From contig JAQGDQ010000757.1 in the NCBI GenBank assembly GCA_030141605.1, positions 1-64,000 on the forward strand: a stretch of DNA of 64,000 nucleotides, written 5' to 3'. Origin of the DNA: Tubiluchus corallicola (Eukaryota; Animalia; Priapulida). Shown piece after piece: positions 36,534 to 49,400 of the stretch; positions within the stretch are counted from its first letter, which is position 1; each line of letters begins with the position of its first letter. The notes beneath the pieces are model-generated. The model ran no database searches and was not told the DNA's origin. It saw nothing but the letters and a program-made list of their open reading frames with translations. The position numbers and the translations under genes are program-made.

Positions 36534-39019
36534 GTACATATTAAAGATAAAAGGTGCAGTTTTCGTCTAATGCTAAGTGCATAAAAGCACTGGCAGTAAT
36601 TATATTTGTTTATATGAATAAAAGCCCTGGCAGTAATTATATTTGTTTATATAAAAAAAGAACACTGGCAGTAATTATAATTGCTTATATACTTATAGGC
36701 TAGGATACAGTATAATATGCAGAGTTCTAGCAAGTGCACTAGGAAAAATAATTTAAAATTTAATTGTACTGTAACTATATTTTGATTTAGTGGTGTGTAA
36801 AATGTTGCCTGCGAAAATCCTCTGCTTTTAAATTTCAGATAGAAGAGCATACTAGACAACTAGCTGATGAATCAGCGGCCACGAGCTTAGAAAGCAGTGA
36901 TGCTGCGCCATCTGATGGAGAAAAACCTGCTGAACCGCCAGCTAAAAAGCCTAAAGCCGCCTTGCTTGGCAAGTTCCAGGGTAATGCCAAGAAGGACCTG
37001 TTGCTATGGGCACAGAAAGCTGTATCTGAGTGAGTTTTCTATTTTAGTTCCACGTTATATATATAAAGACAGTGTTATTATAATGTCACTAAGTGCAGTG
37101 ACTGTGAACTAGGAATAATTCAGTATTTATACTTAAAAATAATTTATTTTGTTTTACCCGCATAAATAAAGTAAAATGCTGGTTATCGTGTAAAGGGTGA
37201 CATTCACTAAATGCTGCTGACACAAAAAACATGCAAATTTACAAATTGGACTGTCTGCAGCTGAATGTTAAGACTTTCAACATAAAAACAATATTTCCAC
37301 TACTTACATACAGACTCTAGTAATAGAATAAAACAAACATTTTACCACTGTCTAGCAAATATGTCATTTACATAGAGACACTGATCAAGTTGAGTTCCTG
37401 ACAATATACATTGATATAAAATGAACACGCTTCACTGCATTTGGTTTTAATTAGCTCAACAATTTTAAGCATGTGTATTGCATACTCTTGAAATAAAAAG
37501 ATAATTTTGAGTTTTGCATGAACAGTTGTTATATAACTTTTATTTAACAAACTCAGCCGAGACATTTATTAACGGTATAAGTTATGGATTTTGATATTGA
37601 TATTTCACGGAAGGTTTGATTGCACATTATTAGAGTAAATATTTTTTAATTGAGGTGTACTGAAATTATTTTAAACCAGGTAGGGCCTACTTGCTTTTAT
37701 ATTTATTAATTGTATCTTTCAGTTTACTGCATTGAGCAATATGCTTCATAAAGAATCGAGCCTGTTATTATTTATTTTTGGATTATAAAACTAACGTCTT
37801 AACGATTTAGCTATTAAGTTTATCAAAACTTGCTTGCCTTTCTAAACTAGTTCTAACTCTTGGAAGGTATTTTCTTACAGACGCTTCAATATACCTTTGA
37901 GAGATTTCGGACCCAGTTGGAGAGATGGCATGGCATTTTGTGCCTTGGTGCATCGCATTAGGCCAGATCTAATTGACATGCACAAATCCAGGAGCCAATC
38001 AGCTAAGGAAAATCTTGAGCGGGCATTTAGGAAAGCAGAACGAGATTTGGGCATACCTCGTCTACTAGATCCCGAAGGCAAACATTTGTTATGCTAAGTG
38101 CTAAAGCTTTCTGTTTTGATAAACCTTTCTCTGTTCACTTGAGCTTAGTGAACCCTATTCCATTAAACATAAGCTTACCCGTTTCTTGGAGGGCCAAATG
38201 ACATGAATGTGATGAACAGTAGATTAATAGTACAACGAATGGCACATTCAATGGGTTTTAAAACCCTAATGAATCAAGGAAATACGTTAAGAATTATATT
38301 GGTGTGTCGAATTGTGCTTAATTTAACCAATGGTTTTTGCAGATGTGGATGTGTCAAAACCTGATGAGAAGTCCATCATGACGTATGTGGCAACATTTCT
38401 GAAGCATTATCCCGAAGCCGGAGGTTCAAAAACTACAGCAACTCCTATACCAAAAGTATTATTTTGTCTATATTTCAAAATTATATATCCCGGAATAATT
38501 TTTAGTTAATAAGTGTTTTAATTGCTACTAACATTCTGTAGAGTACTGCAAAAATTGTCTCTTAATTTTATTTTTTTGGTGTTTCAGAGTTGTTGTTAAG
38601 AATGTATGTTTTTGATAGCTATTTGGACATGCCCAAAGTTCACCTTTTTAGAAGTTATTATTATTATTTGCTAGGTTTTTGTGAGAGATTTTTACTACTA
38701 ATATACTAATAATTAGACTACTCTTTTTTAATACATTAATGCATAATACATGGTAAAAATGTGGAAATTTAATTTTGCATAGATGGCGATTGCTATTGAA
38801 GAGGTGAAGTTAAAATCTCGACTGGAGAAGAGGGAGCAGGAGAACTTCAGCAAATGGCTGGATGAAAGTTTAAGCTGGCTTTTGAGTTTGCAGGATGTAC
38901 CTGTTGCTGATATGAATGTAGAATATAATGTAAGTTTTATACTTCGTAAGTCAATCAAATTATTGATAAATAAAAATGTATTTCCTAGGTCATTTATTAC
39001 TTTTTCTAATTCTGTGGTG

Positions 39020-39065
<46 letters not shown>

Positions 39066-40366
39066 GCAACAATAACATTAATAATAATAAAAATAACATC
39101 AATAATAACAGCAACAACAATAGCAACAACAACAGCAACAACAACAACATTAACAACAACAGCAGTAGCAGCTACAACAACAACAACAGTAATAATTGAT
39201 GATGACGATGACGATGATGATGAGGATTTCTGTCTTTATAAATTTCTTAATATAGTACATTTTCTCCACTTTTTGAAACTGTGATTTATGTGACATTTGA
39301 AATATATTTTAACTGCTGAAAATGTAATATACTCAAAGTTCTTAGGAAAGCTTTACATAGTTTTGAATAAACTTTTAGGAGATTTTTTTGTGTGGACAGA
39401 ACAATATTTTCAGAGTAGTTAAATTATTGTTTCAGGACACACAGTCATATTGTTTTTTGTCATTTTCTTGTACATAACAATTTTGTTTAAATGTAGCACT
39501 TTAGTTTTTTAGCTTAAATCAGACCAAAGACACTCACAGCACTACAGTTTTTTCTTGTTTTTTATAAACAAACAGATGAATTTCATTTTTACTATAGTTT
39601 CCAAGTTTTTGTAGGGCTAAATATAAATGCATTGTTAGATACCAGCCTGTCTGTATCATGCAACATTTGTTGTTTCTAACGGAAATTTCGGTTTTTACTT
39701 TTTTCATAAATTGCTGCAGGTTATTGTATGGCTGAAATATTGACAATGTTTTGTTATACACATTCACATAGCTACTACAACTTTTGCAAGATGCAAGTTA
39801 TGCATGACTTTGTTTTTTTTTGTTCTTGCTTTAGAATTACATCACATTTGCCAGGCAAATCGAAGAAAAATCCCAACTGTATGAAAAAATTCGATTTCGC
39901 TACGAGTCGGACTTGAACTTGACATTGTCGGATGAGCGATGGATGATGCTTGAGTCCAAATGGATGCAAGTTTCTAATGCTGCAAAGCGCTGGCGGTTTC
40001 GATTGGACAGTACACTTCCTGGCACTCTGGGTCACATTGGGGTGTGGGTTAATCAAGCTGAGGATATTTTAGCCATGCCTGTACACACTGGAGATACAAG
40101 TGAAAACACATATCATGCCATAGCTGCAAAAATTGAGGACCACAAAGTAAGTTTCATCTTTTTATACCTAAATCTAGTTAACTAATAATGAAGACGATGG
40201 AGGATACATTGTCATTCCCTCCCTCTTTCTCTTCTTTGTCTCTCTCTCTTTCCATCTCTCTCTTTTTCTCACTGCCTTGTTCTCTCTTTCTTTAACAACA
40301 AAAATAAATATTAATATTAATAATAATCTTTCTTTCTCTCTCTTCCGTTCTCTCTCTTTCTCTCTT

Positions 40367-40450
<84 letters not shown>

Positions 40451-43400
40451 ACTTTGTCTTCTTCTTTTCCTGCTGCTGCTCTGACAAGATGTCACTGCTT
40501 GGCATAATAATACTGTAATAATAATTTAATGCTTTTTGTTCTGGTTACAATAGACATTTCGTTAATTGTGGGCTGTGTTATTGATGAAATGAGAACACTG
40601 TGATGAGAGAAAAAGCAGATCTGTTTCTCTCTTATTTTCTCATAAAAACATTTTTAGGAATTTTTCAAAGACTATGGCAGCGTAGTGCACCACTTCAGGA
40701 AATACAAGGTGACCGGCATGGCCGACGGACGCAGAATTAAACCCGAACATCTAAAGGACATTGATCAGAGGTTGACCCAGATTGCTATTAAGCAACACCA
40801 GCGTTGGATGCGATTGTATTATGAACAGGATCGAAATTTGCTACTGTCATTCATTGATGGTGTGGAAAAGGAAGTTGCATCATGGGATATGCCAGAGATG
40901 GATCCAGCTAACCTGCAACTGCTGGTTTCACGAGTCAATGTAAGTGAATGTCTAAACAAAACTCATGCAGGTCATAGATTCTGATTATTTGAAGCTCATG
41001 TATGATAGTTTCTTCTTTGCTATGCAATAACACCTTTTCGTAGTTTTTATCTATTTCTACAAAATCTTTGCATTTGTTGTTCTTGTTTTTATTGTCAGCA
41101 GCTAATTGTACTGATAACATTGACATATTCTTTTATTTGTAAGCATAGCTTTGCTATTTTTACATGTTATAGATGCACCAAACTTGATCAAACAGTGAAT
41201 GAAAGGTTTTATCTGAAAATTTTAAATTTTTCTTTTTTTAATTTCTTATTCATAAATTTTTACAAAAAACAAAAAACAAAAATGGTGGTTCTCGCATATT
41301 TGTGTTTTGGTGAGAAGTAATTTGTAAAATGATGAAGTACTAGCTAGCTGTTTTTAATTTTAAATTCAGTGCAAATGATTTTGTTCTAAATTCCGATATT
41401 TCGTTGTTTTATAATATTGTTTTTAAAGTTTTAGATAATCAGTAAATCTTCATCATCTTAGGTGTTTCTGTTATGCAACATAGCATCATTCATAATTTGA
41501 TGCTGTTCCCCAATCTGCTGTCATGTGCCAAGTATTCACGTCATTTAAGTCAAGTGGAGTATTCAATAAGTCTTTCTTCAGAACATTTTAATATTTGATC
41601 AACTGTCCTTCTCTTGGTTTCTTCCCAGGTATTAGTGTTTAATGTAATACTGTAGTAAGTGGATAATCTAATAACATGTCCAATCCATTTAAGCTGATGC
41701 TTCTGCATGACCTCACTCCATTCCTTCTTCTTTGTTAAATGATTTGACAAAATCAGTAAATGATAACCAATGAATTATAATCAATAATAATTAAATATTT
41801 AAAGGTAGATTATTGGTCAATGGTATTTATTTTTTAGAATCTAGTTGAAGTGCAACAAGTGTACAGTCAATTCGCTAAGCAGTTCAATGAACTTAGTCAA
41901 AAAGCGATCAGGTTCCGCCGAGAGAAACCAGGTAAAAATAATATCTCTTTCTTATAAGTATAACTTTGTACCATAATAAATAAAACAGTTGGCATCTTAC
42001 ATCATTCACTTATTTTCATTCGAATGCTTCTTTTGTGAAGAAACATAAAAAATTCCTTTTAGGTTTATTGAAAATAAAAACCTCTTTTGTTACACAGACA
42101 GTTCTGTGAACAACTGTACTATGTTTTCACATGTAAAAACATAGTACAATTACAACAGCATTGTTAACAATGAGAAATTTAGGTTGTGTGAGGGTAGTGT
42201 AAGACCAAGTAGTCATTTACATATTTGCCTTACATACTAAAATGTATCATTAGTTGTTGTAAGCCTGTAGAAGTACAGCTATTATGCCACTATTACTATT
42301 ACATTAACACACACAACAATACAATGATTACTAATATAGAGATAACGGTTATTAAAACTGAATTAGTTAAGAATTTGATAATAGCAACTTACAAAGCAAA
42401 ACTAGAGAGGATTATAATGGGAGTATTTATGAAGTATGGAAATGCAAGCTAATTCATGTGAATAACAATTTTTCCTTTATATTTATATATCACTTTTTTA
42501 ATTCTTTGTTTAATTTCAAAGCAAGTTTGAAGTATGTTTTATCATGTTTTAGACCAAACTGAAATTGATGATGTAACTAAAGGATTAAGGGATCTAGAAG
42601 AGAAGTGGAACGAAATATCGGGCAGAACAAAATCTTTCCAAACAACTCTAGAAACTGCCCTTGCTGACTGGACAAAGTTCCAGATGCAAAGAGATGCACT
42701 CAGTGCTTGGCTGGATGCTGCAGAGGCAGTGACCACTAAGTCCGCTGCAGAACAACTGGTATGCATTGTAACATTGTCACAGTGAACAACTATTTTTTTA
42801 CAGTACAATGAGTAAATCATCCTGTTTTCTGGAATTACCTAAGAAGTCCATTTCAGCTAGTGTTGGAAAAAATGGGAAAACTGTTTCCTTTTGCTAAGAA
42901 ACAACGGTTTAATTATTACTTTAAAATTTGAAATGAATGTATATTAAATATTTGGTTATTGTGTAAAAGGAAAATGTTAATATTTAAAGTTGTTTTTAGA
43001 TTGAGTGAAATGCTAGGTTGCGTTGAAGCAGAACTGAAAATGTTCAGTCTGTACTACTGTTTGTTTAAAAACCAGTACTTGCTGACTAACGTTGCCGGTT
43101 GCTGTTTAGCTCAGGCGAGATAGAGACTGTTAGTCAAACTATTGTTTAACCCTCAGATATGCTGGAGCAAGGCAAACTGCCACAGTTATGATTGTGACAT
43201 ACATTAATCTGTTGCCGATAAAGGGTTGAACAGCTTGCCTAGCTTATTTTTCAAAAGAATTTCTTTTGGTTTAGCATCCTTTTTTCTACTTGATCTTTTA
43301 TAAATAACAAAGTCCAAATTGTCTGAATAATCTGCTAATTATAACGGCACTTTATGGAATTTTCCTTTCTATAGGCATTTTTCGGAGATGTAGCAAAGTG

Positions 43401-46400
43401 GATAAAACATCACCTGGTATTCAACGACACCGGTGTTTTGTTGTTGTCTACATGCAATACACAAACAGCAGTTGAAATCAGACAGTCTATACACGAACTA
43501 AACGAAAGATGGAAACATATCTATGAAGTTGCCCAGGTAATTACCGGTTTTACCAGTGGAACCGCCTTGTTTTTATTGATAAACTAATGTTTGTTGTTAA
43601 TTTGCTGTAAATTACAGTGGAAGAACTATTAATGTCTAAAGTTGTATTTATAACTGGTGTGAATTTATTACTACTGCTATTGTTACTGCTGCCGCCGCCG
43701 CCGCTGCTGCTACTACTACTGCTACTGCTACTGCTACCACTACCACTACCGCTATCATGACCACTATCACTATCACTTCCACTATCACTCCCACTACCAC
43801 TACTACTACCACTACTCTTACCACTGCAACCATCTCTGTCACTGCCATTATCATGATCACTCCCACTACCATCACCACCACCATTATAGATAGATAAATC
43901 GTGATTTTAAAAGTCACAAGCAAACATTTTTCCGTAGGTTTATATGGTGCCTGGTGAAACAAAGACAGGTATTCAGACGTTCCATACAAATGCTGCCAGT
44001 CTTTCAAAATGGCTTGAAAATAGCATGATGATGGCTACGAGCACAGTAAATGCTAGTCACAGTGACGTCACGCAGAGAATTAAAGAGTTACAGGTGAGTT
44101 TTTTGTTAATTATTGAATTATTAATTATTCACAACTGAACCGAAGAACGTTGTCTTGTTTTCATGTGATATCCTAAGTTTATGCATTGCTGGAACAGTGC
44201 CTTGTTTCCATGTGATGTCCCTAGTTTTTGCTTTACTGCATTAATTAGAAAAAATTGTGTAACATTTGCAGTGTAGTTTACAAGCCTCTTAAAAATATAG
44301 AAATTAATTAATTAATTAATTAATTATTCTGATCAGCTGTTCCTACTTGGGATTTGTGTTAAATGCGATTTCTGGTCACTGGCTTCTTAATAATGAACAA
44401 ATTTGTCACATGTGTCTTGAACATGAGTTTTGTACGTTTAAGGATAGCAGTTCATTGTAACGATATACTATTGCTACAATACTTTCTGTTATTCATTTTA
44501 GCATGTTCATAGTTAAATAGTTGTTTAAAATAAGGCAGTTCTCCTCCAGTAGCACCTATTTTCACGCAGGAACAACAACATTTTAGAGATTTAATTTGCT
44601 TGCTTTTTGCAGAGTTTACTTCAGCACTTGGATGAAAAAGAAGAAGAGTTCTTATCCTTGTCTAAGATGGCGCAAGAGCTGGTTAAGGAATCTTCACCAA
44701 CAGATGTCACTACTATGCTTTCAATGCTTAAAGATTTAAAAGACAAGATTTTGAAAGTACAACATTTCTTTGAGAAATTTGATAATACTCTTGAAATCTG
44801 GCTGCCTGTTGCTTAAACTTTAATGTTGTGATATTTTAATATTAGTAGCTTCGCTTTTTCGAATCCACAAATGAGCACAAATACTTAAACTAGCAGTCTT
44901 TTAACTAAACAGCTTGCAAGGGATTTTGTATTTTTTAGTCTTTTTATTGTGGGTTTTTTATTAATTGTTTCTTATTCTTGTCATTGAAAAAATAGCCCTG
45001 CTTAAACCTGTTTTTTGTTTTTATTTTTTTCTTTGATCTGAACTGTTTTTAGAACTTTATACATTATATAAATTATTTATTACTCTTATAGCACAGCTAT
45101 ATATGTTCATATACTTTTTAAACATAAATCACATTGGTCAGTGTACAGACTAACTACTACACTAAGTTAATAATTTACTAAATTACTAAATTCCTTAACT
45201 TGCCTTCTCCCATCCTCAGTCCTGAGGTTCGCGGACAACGGATACATGCAGCAGTACTCTCCATTGACTTTTTACTCCCTCTATACCCGTACATTCCCCT
45301 AACGTACTCCCCATCCAATCCTTGATATCATCCGTCCATCATCTTTTTGAACATTTCCCATTAAATGTACTTTAATTCTAGGATGTGGCTGCAGATGTTC
45401 ATGGGGCTGAAGTTATTAATTACTAATTACTAATTAACTACTAAGTTAATCTGTGCTCTGATAGAGCTGATAAACCTCTTGTGGCTTATAGAATAAATTT
45501 CTATTACAGAATAAAATCTGAAATGTCACGCAAGTTTCTCTGTCATATAATGATTAGCATAGCTGTACAGACAGTAGATGATCTGGGTTCAAGTCTTATT
45601 GGAGCAAAAATTGTTAGACTTTCTATTTTAGTATTACTTTCGTGTGGGTTTATTGGGTTAGTTTTTATTGCACATGGTGCTTTTTCAGGTGAGAAGAGGA
45701 ATAATCGATGCTCACCAAATCTTCCGCGGGGAGCTGTTGCCACGTCTACAAGCTCTTGAAGCTGGGCTGCACAAAGTGTCAGAGTGGCTAAATGAACAAG
45801 CTTCAGCGTTGAAACCACGAATAACCATTGATGATTTAGATACCTTGAAACATAATTTGGAAAGGCACAAGGTATTATTTCTGTTATTTTCTATCAGGTT
45901 TTAAAGCAAGTTGTCTTTAGGTAAACAGATTTTGTTTTGGGTTGATGCCATATAAACTGCATAGAAGACAACAAATGCATCTTTCTTTTTAAAACTAACT
46001 AACTCTGCAGCAGATATGTATTTCTGACTGATATGTGATTTTGTGCTGCTGGTATGAGAGATCAGTCCTGATCTGCTATGTGAGAGTTGTTAGCTGAAAT
46101 TGCATGGCATGTGACCTGATACCGCAAGATTCTTGGTTCAAATCCTTGGTGATTTACAATTTTCAGCGCTTTTCTCATGCAATTATTTAACTGTTATGCT
46201 AATTGCTGATTATATGTAAATTGTTAATTTTATTAATTCTAGCTTATCACAATTCAATATCTAAAAAGTTTGTAAAATTAATCAAGAGTTTGTTCACAAT
46301 GAGCATTTTTGCAGGCGTGCTTTGCCAAAGCGATCGCAGTTCGATCAAACATGGAGGCAAATAGTCGTCTGCTTCACAGCATTGTAAAGTCCGGTGCAAG

Positions 46401-49400
46401 ATTATTAAAAACTGAGAAACTTCAAACTGATTGGGTAGCACTTGGTACACAGTTTGTGGTAAGTGCTGATGTTAATATTAATTATTTTATTAATATTAAC
46501 AGACGTTTCACTCCACATAGAACATTCTCAATGTAAATGGCAAGTTAGTATCTTAAAAATAAACGTGCACTGCTGTAATAGGTTACTACTTGTCATTTAC
46601 ATTGAGAATGTTTAGGATGCTTTATGCAAATAAAGCAACTTTCTTTGCTACCATGCCACGTGTTATTAGTGACTTATTAATTAACGTTTTTCATGTTGGA
46701 TATTATTTAATAATTAGTTAATATATTATTGTTACTATTCATTATAAATTAGGGTTATTTTTAGTGTTAACGATAGTAGTAATTAGATCAGGCAAAAATA
46801 AGAGGACACAAAAATTTCAATTTTTGGTAGCCAAATTCCAAAACTGAGGCTTTTTGAGCACTCACATTTGAATGTTGACTTTTTCTTAAATTAACCAATT
46901 AAAAATGAACAGTTATAGTGATCTCATATCTGTAGCTATGCATTTTGATCTGTAAATAGTGAGCTTTACAAAAACGATCATAGTTGTTTGTTAATCTTTT
47001 ATAATAATAGCAATTGTGTGAAACACTTTTGAGATTTTTAGCTACCCAATGACAGGCCAACTAGGTCAACAGATTTTTTACCATAAGTTTATAATAAAAT
47101 AAATTGAGATAAGGATTTTAAGTTGTAAAGGCTTATATTATAGTGAGGGTTTAGTATGACTTTAAGTAAGTTATGGAAGATCTGGTTCATGGTTTGAAAT
47201 TGCAAATTCTAAAATTGCATGTTAGATCTTTTGAGACACTGCAAACATATTTTGTCTTTCATGCTACTATATACACTGTTATTTATTTTTGATATTGTTG
47301 TTAATAGTTCTTTTAATAACAATGATATATACGCAGACTTTTTAATTTTTGGGTAAATTTTTGTAATAAATTCTAGAGTTACCAACAAGAAGCAAGCGCT
47401 TGGGAAGCCAAGGTGGAAAAGGCAATTACCTCAATCAGCAAATATAAACGTCACGATGCTGAGCTACAAAGGTGGCTGCAAGATGCAAGAGCTGTTATTG
47501 AAGAAAAGACTAGTGACATGGAGACACGAATTTCTGAACATAAGGTTAAAGGAATATCAAATGTTTATTTGTTGGATAATTTTATAAAATTCTGTTTGGT
47601 TGATATTCTTTCATCAGTCATTAATAACTATTAGGGTGGGTGCACAATTACATCCCTTAAAGTGTGTACACACCTTCTAAAATGATTTGAGAAGTAGATG
47701 TTTTTGACACAAAAATTTCAAATGCAGGACCCTGCATAAGAGAAACTTATTTGTTGAAAAATCCTGCTAAATGTTTGGATAATAGTCTTCTCATAACTGT
47801 AATGATAATAGCTGCGCATGCATATACATATGTTTGGTACTGCCAGAAACTATATTATTTTTTGTTAAATAAAAAGGTTCTTCTTTCATCTTTCTAGCAT
47901 TGGAATATAAAATGTATTTTATCAGATAGACAAACCAGGTATGTATGGATTTGAGTAACGTGCTCGTGTGCTTCAATAACGTATGATAAATTGTGCTGGC
48001 CGAATTGTCTATACTAAATAGCCATTCTGTTGATTCTTGCATAAAATTTGCTGTACAGTTAAGATCATGTTACTTCCTACATTTGCAGGCATTCTTTAGT
48101 AATGTGGACCATCGATTGCTACAACGATATCTGTGGTCCGTTGAGGAGATGCATCAGCTGTGTGAAGATAAGGAAGATGCATCAAGAATACTTGACAAAT
48201 GTGAAAAACTGCAAACTGCATGGAAGGTATATAATTATTCTTTTTACTACAATTATACAGTTTGTTATATTTTGAAAGGTAGCAAAATTATTTTGATTGC
48301 TTTTAATAGAATAATTGTTTTCATTTTTTGTGTGTTAGCATTAGAATCAGATACCCTGGATTAAAACACTCACTATTTAGTTTGGTCAAGCAATACCACA
48401 GAAAAGTGTTATTTCAGAATAGATTTTTGGAAGTATTTTATAAAGAGGTCTGACATACCTTCTTTAGTTATTTGCTTGTCTGAAAAAAGCTGTAGCTCAA
48501 CTTATATAGCAGCCAGGAAACTGAAATTTTTGATGCTTTATCAGGTTACTTTTGTTATACTATAACTAATCTTATGATGCAAAGATGGCTAAAAATTGGT
48601 TGTGGTGAAAATTTTAGCAAAAAAAAATGGGAGGATGAGCCAGTCCTGAAACTGGAGTAAGAAAGTAACCTAGTGCTTTGCATTACAGACTGGTTGTGCA
48701 AGCTTAATTCCTGAGTAACAATAAATTTGAAATGACTTACTTGAAAAAATTTGAATTTATAGCATTTTAAAGAATCTTTATCAATTTTATAATTGTTATT
48801 ACTTTTAATGTCTTTTCAGGAAATATTACACTTTGTACCCATTCGACTAATGAACCTAGAATATGAGCGGTCAGAGGCTTACTTTATCGTGCTGTATAAA
48901 GAAGGTCTAAATGAAATAAACGAAGAAGAGGCCACACTGCAAGCATCATCAATTACAGCAGATTTACTGAAACGCCACATTGTGAGTAAATATTTCACCA
49001 TTTATTTGAAAAATAAATTGCTTATACGTTTGAGTCCCAGTAGAAGTGGAAAAGTTTTCCAGTTTTTGTAATTTAGCATTGCTTTTGTGTAGTTACGTGA
49101 TTCATTTTATATTGTTTTGACACTGTGTGAACTACGATTCCCCTTAGATAGACCTCTAGTGGCTTATTGTCTAAATTTCTGAATTTAAGAAGTTAGTGTA
49201 TCTCTGTGTGGTTTGTTGGTTAGCAAAGTTGCTGGGAAGGCAGAAGGTCTTGGGTTGGGTTCAAATCCCAGTGGAGATACAACTTTTTTTCAGATTTTCT
49301 AATTTAGTATTGCTTTCATGCTTTTATATGACTGATGATATGCTCCTATTACTTTTATGATTTTGTGATTATCCAGTTATGATTTTGATTGTTTCCCTAA

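Noticed and set aside
36897-37112. [13 protein letters not shown]... and other short antisense or off-frame ORFs overlapping exons
   Set aside because: Alternative frames of true exons; the spliced frame carries the conserved nesprin motifs.
31175-38455. Assignment as dystrophin, beta-spectrin, alpha-actinin or spectraplakin
   Set aside because: The long CH1-CH2 linker ending QGNAKK.LL.W.Q, the [11 protein letters not shown] motif and the divergent spectrin repeats without a plakin domain fit nesprin-1/MSP-300 best. The KASH domain is outside the window, so this is not fully proven.
49201-49282. Possible tRNA gene
   Set aside because: A and B boxes are present but the cloverleaf does not close and the arms differ by an indel; it is a SINE remnant.
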